A stretch of 49,462 bases of DNA from a virus (IMGVR_UViG_3300010365_001407:1-49462), one strand, 5' to 3'. Positions 35,598 through 45,833 are shown, counted from the first letter of the stretch. Notes: generated by a model not told the origin, from the sequence alone. Numbers and translations are program-made.

Positions 35598-37160
35598 CTA
35601 TTGTTCTATAAATTCTTTCCAAAAATCTTCTCTAAAATATGTGAATAATCTCCAATCTATTCTAAAGTTACCCCAACTTGTACCTTCTAAAACAAGTTTG
35701 AACTTTTTTGATTCTAAAGCCATTTTTAGATTTGATATATTATCTTTATTAATTTTAATACCCATTGCACCTTGTGTCATTCCATATTCCCCATTTATAT
35801 CAGCAACAACATTGTTAATACCACTCTCACCAAAAATTACTTTAGTAAATCCAAAATGTTTATCATTTTTAACACTTGTCCAATATAATCTATTTCCTGA
35901 TTTATTAGTAGAATGTATTAATGGGTAGATATGTTCATTAGTTTTATTTAAACTAACATATTCATATCTATTGGTGGCAGTATGATAATATGTATTCCAT
36001 ATTAAATCACATTTGTTCTCATTATTATTTGTAATTATCTTTTTTATAATATCAAAATTTTTATTTGGTAAAAATGGCCATTCTCTAATATCAATTATAT
36101 TTTCTATACCATCTTCATCAATGATAGTTATTGGTTTATGATAACTTTTATTTTGCATTAAATACCAATCATATCTAGTACCAGCACCAAAAGTAGATAA
36201 TCCATCCTTCACACCATGTATTTCTAGATAAACTATTTGATATTTAGTAAAAAAATTATATAACCCCTTATTTTTTGAATTTTTTGACTCTGGCTTTCTC
36301 CACATAGATGGATGAACAAATAATAAATACTTTGACTCATTTAATAAACTCATTGATTTAATTACAAATTTATCCCAAAGTGAACGACCTCCACCTCTTT
36401 TACTACCAATCATAATTTGGTCATCATTATAAGGTGGATTACCTAAAATTATATCAAACTTATCAATATTCCAGACATCTTTCATATGTCTATCAAAACC
36501 ATCATCCAAAAATGATCCCCAATATGCATTTGTAGTATATTCATCTTTTGGATCAACACCACACAACCACAAAAAAACATTTCTTGATTGTAGTTCACAA
36601 GTATAAATCATATTCTCAACAATATGTTTATATCTCTTCTCTTCATCAGACTCCCATTCAATTAACCCATTCATTAATTTATAAATAACAACAAATGGAA
36701 ATGTACCTGCCCCATTAGCAGGATCTAACCATTTTAAATCAGGATTAGACCATACTTCTTTTGGTAAAGAATCAAGCATTTCTCTAACTAAAGTAATTGG
36801 TGTCATTACCTCACCATGCTTTTTCTTTTCTACTTCACCATCTTTAACAAATTTATTAATAATTTTGATAACATCCTTAATATGTTCCATTTTATTAACA
36901 TTATCTCTAACATATGATACCATTTCTGACCACAAGTGGTTAACATCACCTTTTCTTTCTTTATCAATAAGTGATAAAACTGCAAGTCTTTGTTTCTCTT
37001 TTGGAAGAGAAAGTATAAACTCTGTTAGATTTTGATCATCAGAATGTTTATTAAGTATAATATCTGAAATTAATTTTTCAAATATTTCACCATCCTTAGT
37101 TTCTTTATATTGTTCATATACATTTGGATGCATTGAAAAACTTGCCCCTATAAAACCCAT
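35598..37160 (-). CDS. N6-adenine DNA methyltransferase (Eco57I/gamma-class-like)
   Basis: GEVMTP, LDPANGAGTF (motif I), ILGNPPY (motif IV). Confidence 0.88.
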   Translation of the reverse strand: MGFIGASFSMHPNVYEQYKETKDGEIFEKLISDIILNKHSDDQNLTEFILSLPKEKQRLAVLSLIDKERKGDVNHLWSEMVSYVRDNVNKMEHIKDVIKIINKFVKDGEVEKKKHGEVMTPITLVREMLDSLPKEVWSNPDLKWLDPANGAGTFPFVVIYKLMNGLIEWESDEEKRYKHIVENMIYTCELQSRNVFLWLCGVDPKDEYTTNAYWGSFLDDGFDRHMKDVWNIDKFDIILGNPPYNDDQIMIGSKRGGGRSLWDKFVIKSMSLLNESKYLLFVHPSMWRKPESKNSKNKGLYNFFTKYQIVYLEIHGVKDGLSTFGAGTRYDWYLMQNKSYHKPITIIDEDGIENIIDIREWPFLPNKNFDIIKKIITNNNENKCDLIWNTYYHTATNRYEYVSLNKTNEHIYPLIHSTNKSGNRLYWTSVKNDKHFGFTKVIFGESGINNVVADINGEYGMTQGAMGIKINKDNISNLKMALESKKFKLVLEGTSWGNFRIDWRLFTYFREDFWKEFIEQ

Positions 37161-37208
37161 AATTTATTATATTTTTATTCTATTTATATGAAATAATAGT
37201 GTGTTTGT

Positions 37209-38804
37209 TTAGAAATTAAGTTTTTCTTTTAAAAGATCTATTTTACTCAAATCTATAAGCCTTAGTTTTTCTTTTTCATCTTGTTCTTCAAAATCCAACA
37301 CTTCAATCTCATGATTTATTTCTTCAATTACTGCAAATTTTCTATTTTTTTCATCAGTCTCATTTAATTCAGCAATTTCAGAATCTGGTTTACCTTTACC
37401 AATATCAGAACCAATACTTACATAGAAAATTGGATCATATCCAAAATTATCTCTTAATGATTTAATCTGTCTTGCAAGTTCTCTTGAAGTGAACTCACTC
37501 TCTCTATCATAATAAGGTATAATAACAGAGCAATAGGGTTTAATCCAGTTACCATCACCTACTTTAATTTTACCTTCTCTAAAACTATTTCTATCTTCTT
37601 TATGAAGTCTTGTTGCTCTTCCAGTATTTTGTAATGTTTTTGTAATAGTTGGTAGTTTACCACCTAAAAATTCAACTCCTGTAAACCCTGCAACATTAAT
37701 ACCCTCACTCATTGTATCATAGTGAAGAACAATTGCCATTTCTGAATCTTCTAAGTTTTGTAACTTTTCTAAATATTCACTTCTACCTACAATTCCTTCA
37801 TCATCAATAAAGTGACAGAAGTTTGAAGTTTCATTTCTTGATGCACCTGCACAAATTTTAACATCCTGAATAGTACCAAGTAATTGTTTGTGTATTTTCC
37901 ACATATCATCTACTGATGCACACTTAACCAATATTTTTGGTGCTATCTTTTCAGAATCTATAGAATTTTGTTTAATGAAGTCTCTATGTGCAAAGAAAGT
38001 ATCTCTTACAAATTTTGACATATTTTCAATTGATTTAAAATCAACAGTTGGATCAAAATTGTTTGGTAAGGCAATATGTATAACAGGTCTTACAATATAA
38101 CCATTATCTACACAATGTCTAAAGTCTAAACCAATTCTCTCACCAAAAACCTCTTCATTATTCATTAAAAATGATTCAGTATCTTCTACACAATCTTTTG
38201 GTGTTGCAGTTAAGAAGTAACATCTTTTATGTGAGATAAGACTATAATTATCTTTAAATTTTGCAGTATCTTCTACTGATGCCAATGTATGTGCTTCATC
38301 ACAATACAAAGTATCAATTTCTAAATCTTTCAAAGTATTTAATGAGTGATATGTAGTTAAGATAACCACTTTTCTACCATTATCTATATGATTTTTAACT
38401 ATCTCATTAACTTCTTTAGAATTTGTTGTTGAAGATACAAGTTCATTATAAGAAAGTTTCTTTTCAAGAAGTGATTTGTTTAAATCAACATTCTCTTGAA
38501 ATTTTGAAACATCATATTTAGAACTACCAACAAAGATATATCCTATCTTACCAAGCATTGGAGATAACATTTCAAATATATCATTAAGATGTTGTGTATT
38601 CAACATAAGTCTATGTGTTGATATAGTATAAACTTTATTTCTGGTAGATATAATTTGATTTAACAAATCAACCATCATAAGATAACCTTTACCTGCTCCT
38701 GTTGGAATACAAATTTGTAATAGGTTATTTGATAGCATATCATTATAGAGTAACTTTTGGTCCTCTGTCAAACTATCTAATCTACTCTTTAAGTATGTTT
38801 TCAT
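37209..38804 (-). CDS. SF2 DEAH helicase (restriction-associated Res-like)
   Basis: IPTGAGKG, CDEAH, TATP, MSEGINV, QNTGRATR motifs. Confidence 0.88.
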   Translation of the reverse strand: MKTYLKSRLDSLTEDQKLLYNDMLSNNLLQICIPTGAGKGYLMMVDLLNQIISTRNKVYTISTHRLMLNTQHLNDIFEMLSPMLGKIGYIFVGSSKYDVSKFQENVDLNKSLLEKKLSYNELVSSTTNSKEVNEIVKNHIDNGRKVVILTTYHSLNTLKDLEIDTLYCDEAHTLASVEDTAKFKDNYSLISHKRCYFLTATPKDCVEDTESFLMNNEEVFGERIGLDFRHCVDNGYIVRPVIHIALPNNFDPTVDFKSIENMSKFVRDTFFAHRDFIKQNSIDSEKIAPKILVKCASVDDMWKIHKQLLGTIQDVKICAGASRNETSNFCHFIDDEGIVGRSEYLEKLQNLEDSEMAIVLHYDTMSEGINVAGFTGVEFLGGKLPTITKTLQNTGRATRLHKEDRNSFREGKIKVGDGNWIKPYCSVIIPYYDRESEFTSRELARQIKSLRDNFGYDPIFYVSIGSDIGKGKPDSEIAELNETDEKNRKFAVIEEINHEIEVLDFEEQDEKEKLRLIDLSKIDLLKEKLNF

Positions 38805-38809
38805 TTTTA

Positions 38810-38992
38810 TTATTTAATTTTTTCTATTCTATTTGTTTTCATATTCAATAACATATCACCACCAATAACCTCATAATTAATACCATTAATTACCCTAATT
38901 GTTCCATGTTCTTTATGTGACCTTATTGATTTTAGTAATTGTGAAGTATCTTCGCAAAATACCCTTACTGGTACTTTTCTTGTCTTGGTCAT
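38810..38992 (-). CDS. hypothetical protein
   Basis: ORF track; downstream of TATCTTTG at 39040-39047. Confidence 0.5.
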   Translation of the reverse strand: MTKTRKVPVRVFCEDTSQLLKSIRSHKEHGTIRVINGINYEVIGGDMLLNMKTNRIEKIK

Positions 38993-39091
38993 ATTTTTTT
39001 ATATCAGATTTATATTTATTAATAAAACTAAAGTTTCTACAAAGATAATATTTTATTTATTATAAAAGAAGTAAATTTTAATATATATTAC

Positions 39092-39997
39092 ATGAGATTA
39101 CCAAATGGATACTGGACTAAAGAAAGATGTATGGAAGAAGTAAAAAAATATACCACAAAGAAAGATTTTTATACTTTATCAAAAAGTGCATATCAATCAG
39201 CATATCACAATGGTTGGTTATCAGAAATAACTGAAAGGTTGGAAGGTATTAAAATGAATTTTTTCATTCATAAGGAAAATTGTATAGAAGAAGCATTGAA
39301 ATATAAAACAATTACTGAATTTATAAAAAAATCACCTGGTGCATACAAATCGGCATCTAAAAATGGTTGGATAGATGAAATAACAGGTCATATGACACAT
39401 ATGGGAGATAAATATAAAAGATGTATATATAGTTATGAATTTGATGATAATAGTGTCTATATTGGTCTTACTTACAATTTAGAGAAAAGAGATACATTAC
39501 ACAAATCAAATTTAAAGAGTACAGTTAATATACATATTAATAAGACAGGAATTGTACCTAAGTTGGTTAAATTGACTGATTATATAGATGTAGAAGAAGC
39601 AATAAAAATGGAATTCTATTTTTTGAATAGGTATAAAAATAATGGTTATATCATTTTAAATAAAGTGAAAACTGGAGGTCTTGGTAGAGAAAATAAATGG
39701 ACTAAGGAAAATTGTCTTGAATTGGCTCTAAAATGTGAAACTCTTAAAGATTTTTATGAAAAATATGAAGGTGCATATACTAAATCTATAAAAGAAGGGT
39801 GGTTAAATTTATTTACACACTTAAAGATAAGTAAATTACCAAATGGTTATTGGACTAAGGAAAAATGTCTTGAAGAATCATTAAAGTATAAAAGTAAGAA
39901 AGATTTTAGGATAAATAGTAAATCTGCTTATTCTTCTGCCACAAAAAATAAATGGTTAGATGAAATCTGTATTCATTATAACCTAAAAATTATTTAA
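39092..39997 (+). CDS. GIY-YIG homing endonuclease with WTKE.C.E.A.KY repeats
   Basis: CIYSY...VYIGLT...KR...E motif flanked by four helical repeats; TAATATATA at 39079-39087. Confidence 0.8.
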   Translation: MRLPNGYWTKERCMEEVKKYTTKKDFYTLSKSAYQSAYHNGWLSEITERLEGIKMNFFIHKENCIEEALKYKTITEFIKKSPGAYKSASKNGWIDEITGHMTHMGDKYKRCIYSYEFDDNSVYIGLTYNLEKRDTLHKSNLKSTVNIHINKTGIVPKLVKLTDYIDVEEAIKMEFYFLNRYKNNGYIILNKVKTGGLGRENKWTKENCLELALKCETLKDFYEKYEGAYTKSIKEGWLNLFTHLKISKLPNGYWTKEKCLEESLKYKSKKDFRINSKSAYSSATKNKWLDEICIHYNLKII

Positions 39998-40606
39998 TTA
40001 AATAATTAAATAATATCCAATTGTTGTATTTGTAAAACCTGATGTGTAGTCTATAATTAATTTATAATCAGGAAAACAATATTTAATGAAGTATTCATAC
40101 ATTCTTATTTTATTGGCACTTGGTTTACCAAACATGAATACATAATCATTATTTATTTTATACTCATTTAATTCAATTAAATATCTTATTCTTGACATAA
40201 CATCATATAATTCATTCAAATTTGTTGGAGTATCATAGTTTTCATCATTAGAATTTGCCACAGAGAAGCTAACTGATATAAACTTCTTATCATGTAGTCT
40301 TACATCTTTTAAATTTGAATTTTCTTCCATTAAGATAACTAAGTCAAGTCTATATTCTATATTACTTTTTGATTTAAAATAATATATTATGTTTTCTTCA
40401 TTTGGATATTTTGAATGTTTATATTTTTCTTCATTGTATTCTAATTTATCCAATTTAGAGTCAAATATTTCATTCACTTTATTTATATTCATAAAGTTAA
40501 CAACACCAATACTATTATCCAATTTTTCACTTTTTGATAATCTATTTGTATTATTCTCTTTTATAAATTCATTATAGGTAAATAAAGTTGTTTTATAATA
40601 TATCAT
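39998..40606 (-). CDS. hypothetical protein
   Basis: ORF track; FTYNEFIKE near N-terminus; late motif at 40641-40649. Confidence 0.55.
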   Translation of the reverse strand: MIYYKTTLFTYNEFIKENNTNRLSKSEKLDNSIGVVNFMNINKVNEIFDSKLDKLEYNEEKYKHSKYPNEENIIYYFKSKSNIEYRLDLVILMEENSNLKDVRLHDKKFISVSFSVANSNDENYDTPTNLNELYDVMSRIRYLIELNEYKINNDYVFMFGKPSANKIRMYEYFIKYCFPDYKLIIDYTSGFTNTTIGYYLII

Positions 40607-40707
40607 TTAATTTAGGACCTATTTGTTCTTTCATATTACTTATATATTAAATAGTACTATTTGATTAACTTTTCACTAATAATAAATATAAATAATAAAT
40701 ATTTTTT

Positions 40708-41826
40708 ATGAAATTAAGAGTAATTGAACTATTTGCAGGAATAGGAAGTCAACATAAAGCACTTAAAAATATTGGAGTTGATTGTGAAGTAGTAGGTATA
40801 AGTGAATGGTCTATTGACTCAATCATAAGTTATGCCAATGTTCACCACAATTCAAATGAAACAACTGACTTAACTAAAGAAGAAATACTTGAAGAACTTA
40901 AAAACTTTACTTTCTCTTCTAATACCAAAACACCTATCAAAACAAGTACACTTAAACTTGATCGTCTAAAGAAATTATATGTAGCTAATAAAAACTCTAA
41001 AAATCTTGGATCAATTGTTGATTTAAAAGGTTCTATGACACCAGATCATGATTTATTAACTTACTCATTCCCTTGCCAAGATTTGTCAAACCAAGGATCT
41101 CAAAGAGGTTTATTTGAAGGCAAATCATCTTCTTTGTTATGGGATGTAAACAGATTACTAAATGAATTAAATGAAGAAGGTAGATTACCTAAATATCTTT
41201 TAATGGAGAATGTACCTGCTATTTTTGGAGATAAAAATAAAGATGGTTTTAATATCTGGAAAGATAATCTTAAAGAAATGGGTTATATCAACTTTGACTT
41301 TAAATTGAAAGCATCATACTTTGGTATTCCTCAAAATAGAGAAAGAGCTTATATGGTTTCTATCTTAAATGGTACAGAGAATGATTTTGCTATTCCTACT
41401 CAAGATAAGTTAACTGATTTAACTATTTCTGATATTTTAACTCCTAATCAAGTTAGTAAATATTACTTAGACTTTAAAAGATTTTATCCACCTACAATTA
41501 AAACAGATAAAACTAAAAATGGTATTAGTTGTTTTGATTTAGTTGGTTACACTAATTTTGCAAGTGAAAAGAAAGTATATCACTTAAATAGTATATCACC
41601 AACAATTACTGCAACAGGTGCTCAGTCAAGAATTAAAGTATATGAAAATGGTGAGATTAGAATATTAAGTCCAAGAGAATGTTGGAAGATGATGGGTTTC
41701 ACTGACTCAGACTTTGATAAAGTAGAAGGAACTTTAATTGATAGTGCTTTGACTAAACAAGCTGGAAATTCAATTGTAGTAAATGTTTTAGAAGCAATCT
41801 TCACAAATCTATTAAAACCCTCTTAA
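40708..41826 (+). CDS. dcm: DNA (cytosine-5) methyltransferase
   Basis: ELFAGIG, SFPCQDLS, MENV, QNRER, QAGNSI motifs. Confidence 0.95.
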   Translation: MKLRVIELFAGIGSQHKALKNIGVDCEVVGISEWSIDSIISYANVHHNSNETTDLTKEEILEELKNFTFSSNTKTPIKTSTLKLDRLKKLYVANKNSKNLGSIVDLKGSMTPDHDLLTYSFPCQDLSNQGSQRGLFEGKSSSLLWDVNRLLNELNEEGRLPKYLLMENVPAIFGDKNKDGFNIWKDNLKEMGYINFDFKLKASYFGIPQNRERAYMVSILNGTENDFAIPTQDKLTDLTISDILTPNQVSKYYLDFKRFYPPTIKTDKTKNGISCFDLVGYTNFASEKKVYHLNSISPTITATGAQSRIKVYENGEIRILSPRECWKMMGFTDSDFDKVEGTLIDSALTKQAGNSIVVNVLEAIFTNLLKPS

Positions 41827-41839
41827 AGAGGGTTTTTTT
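41814..41839 (+). terminator. hairpin/terminator at dcm stop
   Basis: AAAACCCTCT taa AGAGGGTTTT-TTT. Confidence 0.7.
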
Positions 41840-41850
41840 ATATATAATAT

Positions 41851-42357
41851 ATGTCAAGAAAAAGTTCAATCAATAAAATAAAAAGAGATAATTCACAATC
41901 AAAGAATATAGAAGCTGCTCTTTGTATGTATCTTTATGAAAAATCACATTCACCTATCACCACTCACTTTACTGGTATGGGTTTACAAGAATGTGATGTA
42001 ATATCAATATCAAAGTCTGATTATATCTATGAGTATGAAGTTAAAATAAGTAAAGCGGATTTTAAGAAAGATTTTATAAAAGAAAAACATACTCACATCA
42101 TAAATGAAAAATACACCAAGACCAGAAAAGGTGAATTGGTGTATTTACTTCCAAATTATTTCAATTTTGTAACACCAAAAGATTTAATATCTATTGATGA
42201 AGTTCCTGATTATGCTGGTCTAATTTATATGAATGAAGATGGTTCATTTGATATTATAAAGAAACCTAAACTTTTACATTCAACTAAAGCAAATGATGCT
42301 TTCATTAGAAAGTTAGCTCATAATCTAAGTTGTAAATTAGTGTTTAAGAAAGTTTAA
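41851..42357 (+). CDS. PD-(D/E)XK protein (MmcB-like)
   Basis: ECDVISI...EYEVKISKADFKKD...YFNFV.P...YAGL. Confidence 0.65.
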   Translation: MSRKSSINKIKRDNSQSKNIEAALCMYLYEKSHSPITTHFTGMGLQECDVISISKSDYIYEYEVKISKADFKKDFIKEKHTHIINEKYTKTRKGELVYLLPNYFNFVTPKDLISIDEVPDYAGLIYMNEDGSFDIIKKPKLLHSTKANDAFIRKLAHNLSCKLVFKKV

Positions 42358-42540
42358 AGTTCAATTTCAACTGGTTTTTTATATTTTCTAATTATACCAA
42401 TTATTTTAAAAGTTGCTAAAATGAATGGATATGTTACAATACATCTATACCAAAAGTATTGACCATTACATATTTCTGAAGCTAAGGCTATAGTTGATAG
42501 GTACATTAGTACCACAAAAATTATTAAGAATGTTTTCATA
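42354..42540 (-). CDS. small membrane protein
   Basis: ORF track 42354..42653; ATG at 42540 (MKTFLIIFVVL) avoids overlap with the neighbour. Confidence 0.45.
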
Positions 42541-42549
42541 TTTATTATA

Positions 42550-42792
42550 TTATTTAGTTGAACAATGTTGGTGACCACATTTTTTATGTCTGCACTTATA
42601 TGAAGTAAAAAGAAGAGGTATAAGACAACAAAAAATGTGAAACTTAAATCCATATACTAAAATGAATCCAAACCAACCTAGCCATCCAAAATCAAGTGTA
42701 TCAAGATTTATATTGAAGAAATAGGAGATTGAATGTTCAATTAAATAGAACAGGATAAATGATAATATAAATGTGATTATAAATTTTTTCAT
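42550..42792 (-). CDS. small membrane protein
   Basis: Two hydrophobic segments, Cys/His-rich tail. Confidence 0.55.
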   Translation of the reverse strand: MKKFIITFILSFILFYLIEHSISYFFNINLDTLDFGWLGWFGFILVYGFKFHIFCCLIPLLFTSYKCRHKKCGHQHCSTK

Positions 42793-42860
42793 AGGTTTTT
42801 TATTTGTTAGTATTTGTTAAAAACATGTAACATCATGATATATAATATAAAATAATATAA

Positions 42861-43571
42861 TTATTCTACCAATCTTAACATTTTATCTACTCTTAATTCT
42901 GATAGTTTAATCAGTCTATCTAAGTAAATGTTTAGAGTTTTGTAATCTTTTTCTGACAATTCTTCTCTTCTCAACATTGGTGCCAAGTCCGGATAGTTTT
43001 GTATTAATCCATTTTTAGTATAGGAGTCTTTTTCAAAACCATCAACTAAAGAAAACAACTGTCCAAATTGAAAGGCCATTACTTTGTAAATGTCTTTGAT
43101 AGATTCTTTTTTACCTGGAAAGTCTTTCATTACTTCAAAGTCAATCATTTTCATCACAGGGATTTTATCTCTTAAATCACCTCTAAGTGCTGGTTTGATA
43201 ATTGCTCTTAAATGACTTCTTGAGAAAAAAGATAAGATGTTTCTGTAAGCTCTAAGTATTTTCATATCATACTCTCTAACAATAGGTTCTTTAACTACTA
43301 AAGGATGATATTGAGTATGAAAATCATAAGTATAGAAAAGAGCATTGTTAACTTCATCAGGAGTACCTTTGAATACTTTAACAATGAATCCATCTTCAAC
43401 TATAGCTAAGTTGCAGTTTAGTGGTTTGTCAGTTAATATTTTAGACAATTCTACATCATACATTTTACACAATGTATGAGATTGATCAATGATTTCTGGT
43501 ATTTCATCAACAAATACCATAACATCATAATCTAAACTGTTTTCACTACCAAAAATTTGAAATCTTTCCAT
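42861..43571 (-). CDS. putative Pol-beta-superfamily nucleotidyltransferase
   Basis: FGSENSLDYDV (GS...DxD) at N-terminus. Confidence 0.55.
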   Translation of the reverse strand: MERFQIFGSENSLDYDVMVFVDEIPEIIDQSHTLCKMYDVELSKILTDKPLNCNLAIVEDGFIVKVFKGTPDEVNNALFYTYDFHTQYHPLVVKEPIVREYDMKILRAYRNILSFFSRSHLRAIIKPALRGDLRDKIPVMKMIDFEVMKDFPGKKESIKDIYKVMAFQFGQLFSLVDGFEKDSYTKNGLIQNYPDLAPMLRREELSEKDYKTLNIYLDRLIKLSELRVDKMLRLVE

Positions 43572-43607
43572 ACTGCAAATATAATAAAAATATTTTATAT
43601 ATAAGGT

Positions 43608-43796
43608 ATGAAATACCTAAAAAAGTTTTTAATAACAGAGAGAGTTGACTTAGATGAATTACAAGAACTTTGTGATAATACTTTAGCTTATCTTATTGAT
43701 GAAGGATTTAAAGTAGAAATTAATCAATTTAATGCTAAGGGATATATTGCAATTCTTTTAAGAAAAAAACATGGTGATAGAAAACATCAAAATTAA
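43608..43796 (+). CDS. small protein with CTS-like N-terminus, possibly truncated
   Basis: MKYLKKFLITE start; TATATA upstream. Confidence 0.45.
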   Translation: MKYLKKFLITERVDLDELQELCDNTLAYLIDEGFKVEINQFNAKGYIAILLRKKHGDRKHQN

Positions 43797-44020
43797 CTTT
43801 TACAATATCACCACAAAAAGTAATGAGACCTGTTCTTGTTATTCTAAAGTAAAATTCAAACATCTTATTAAAATTGTTTGAATATTTTTTAAGTTTACGA
43901 TCATTTCTGGATCCAACACTCTTTTTAGTCTGTTCTATTCTATCTTTCTTATTAACGTCACAGTAAGACTTATCTTCTGTGACTATTGTGCGACCTGCTG
44001 TCTGTTTGTTTTCATATTGT

Positions 44021-44317
44021 TTATAATTTTGGAATAACTGATCTACTATATATTGAATTATTGTTAATCTTATAATTTAAAGTATTACCATCTAAAAAAA
44101 TTACTTTAACTTCATTTATATTATTTATATCTAAAAAATCAAATTTATATTTCTGTGAGGTATGTATTTGTCTATCAATTCTTTCTGGTTTATCTTCAAA
44201 AAGTCTGTCAAAACCAGCCATACTATTCATATATAACTCTTCTGATTTTCCAAAAATACCTTCATCACTATATAATATAAAATAATTAGAACTATTTTTT
44301 ACTTCTTTTAAAATCAT
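44021..44317 (-). CDS. hypothetical protein
   Basis: ORF track; ATGA overlap. Confidence 0.5.
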   Translation of the reverse strand: MILKEVKNSSNYFILYSDEGIFGKSEELYMNSMAGFDRLFEDKPERIDRQIHTSQKYKFDFLDINNINEVKVIFLDGNTLNYKINNNSIYSRSVIPKL

Positions 44318-45111
44318 ACTATTAAATATTTTTTATCAAAGGTTTCAATCCTTTGTAGTAATTCTATTATAGAAATAGAAGAAGTTTTGTTTTTTGACAC
44401 ATTTTCATTGTGTATCATTAACTTACAATTAGCAGGATGTGATAATAATTTTGGATCAATCCCTTGTTCAAATCCTTCTTTAATAGAAAACATATGGTCT
44501 CTACTAACTCCACCTAAATTATTCTTCTTATTTGATGGTGAATACCATCCATATTTCTCAATTAATGTAAAGTCAAATTCATCAGGATAATCATTTAAAC
44601 TAAATTTAAAATTACAATCTGTTCTGTAACATTGTAATACATCTTTATCTTTTCTTTTGAACTCTTTTTGACAAATATCAGAACAAAATTTTCTTCTCCT
44701 GTTCTCAAAACTTATTTTACCTTGGCAAAACTTACATTCTTTTGGATTTTCATCATAATTATTATTAGTATGTTTAAAATTTATTGATGCTGATTGTCTA
44801 TACTTTATTAAACTTTCTTCAGTTATGTTATATTTTAAACCCTTTCTGTTTATATTAATTACTTTTTTACTACAATCTTTAGAACAGTATAAATTTTCTC
44901 TATATTCATAGGGTATATCATTATTACATTCTTCTAATTTACATTTTTTTGGAATATATTTTTCTTTGTAACTATTTTTTACACCTTCTATATTTTTTGA
45001 GTAATCTCTTAAATATTTATTAACATAATAGTTTCTACAAGATAAAGAGCAATATAATTTTTTACCTATTACTTCATTATTACAATCAATATTTTTACAG
45101 TTCATAACCAC
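44314..45111 (-). CDS. HNH-type homing endonuclease at the 3' end of tRNA array 4
   Basis: Repeated YCS..C zinc motifs; VSRDHMFS...HPANCKLM..NEN. Confidence 0.75.
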   Translation of the reverse strand: MVMNCKNIDCNNEVIGKKLYCSLSCRNYYVNKYLRDYSKNIEGVKNSYKEKYIPKKCKLEECNNDIPYEYRENLYCSKDCSKKVININRKGLKYNITEESLIKYRQSASINFKHTNNNYDENPKECKFCQGKISFENRRRKFCSDICQKEFKRKDKDVLQCYRTDCNFKFSLNDYPDEFDFTLIEKYGWYSPSNKKNNLGGVSRDHMFSIKEGFEQGIDPKLLSHPANCKLMIHNENVSKNKTSSISIIELLQRIETFDKKYLIV

Positions 45112-45155
45112 TTTTTATTTTTATATATAAAAAGTGGAGAACTCCCTTTTTGAAT

Positions 45156-45232
45156 TGGTGGAGACGGTGGAAATCGAATCCACCTCAGAAACCTTGCAAG
45201 GGTTTCTCGCCAGCCTTGGTACATGCGTCCCC
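45156..45232 (-). tRNA. tRNA-Ala (TGC), CCA encoded
   Basis: G3:U70 pair, AAACC-CTTGCAA-GGTTT, ends ACCA. Confidence 0.9.
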
Positions 45233-45243
45233 ATTAATTTTAG

Positions 45244-45332
45244 AGCGAGTTGTGGGATTTGAACCCACGATGTGAACCTTATCTGACTGATTTGGAAGAC
45301 CAGTGCCATCGACCGAACTAGGCAAAACTCGC
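45244..45332 (-). tRNA. tRNA-Gly (TCC) with long variable region
   Basis: CTGGT-CTTCCAA-ATCAG; 18-nt variable region; U73. Confidence 0.8.
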
Positions 45333-45407
45333 ATTATTTCCTATGGTTTTAACTATAACTTATATACTTTTCAGTAGAAAGAGGTTATAATCTACACCAT
45401 TTATGTG

Positions 45408-45480
45408 AGCGAAAGACGGGACTCGAACCCGCAACAACCTGCTTGGAAGGCAGGAGCTCTACCAATTGAGCTACTTTCGC
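45408..45480 (-). tRNA. tRNA-Gly (TCC)
   Basis: Canonical, CCTGC-CTTCCAA-GCAGG, U73. Confidence 0.94.
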
Positions 45481-45558
45481 ATATAAGGTGACTGAACTCT
45501 TAAATAATCAACTCGCGATTATCATATCTAAGTTTCTATTAATTCTATACATCATTAC

Positions 45559-45630
45559 TTGGTCTGGGTAGGATTCGAACCTACGTTTCCTGTTACATAC
45601 AGGCGTCCTCACCACTAGACGATCCAGATT
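45559..45630 (-). pseudogene. degenerate tRNA-like element
   Basis: CGTC/GACG D stem and GTAGG-TTCGAAT-CCTAC T arm; 5-nt loop ATGTA; only 5-bp acceptor. Confidence 0.45.
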
Positions 45631-45674
45631 GCTAACTTTATATAAAATTAAATCACCTACCGGTTTTTTAATTG

Positions 45675-45748
45675 TTGGCAAGGTGGGTAACGATCCCACT
45701 CTCTCATGTGTATAAGACATACGCTTTTACCGTCTAAGCTACTTGCCA
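45675..45748 (-). tRNA. tRNA-Ile (TAT)
   Basis: TATGT-CTTATAC-ACATG; A73; T loop ATCGTTA. Confidence 0.85.
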
Positions 45749-45759
45749 ATATTATTTTG

Positions 45760-45833
45760 TAGTCTATACGGGATTCGAACCCGTGTCTTACCCGTGAAAG
45801 GGGCACGTCCTGACCTGACTAGACGAATAGACC
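45760..45833 (-). tRNA. tRNA-Glu (TTC)
   Basis: TGCCC-CTTTCAC-GGGTA; CGTC/GACG D stem. Confidence 0.92.

Noticed and set aside
43796-44020. Possible frameshifted continuation of the 43608 ORF
   Set aside because: No convincing downstream frame or homology evidence by eye
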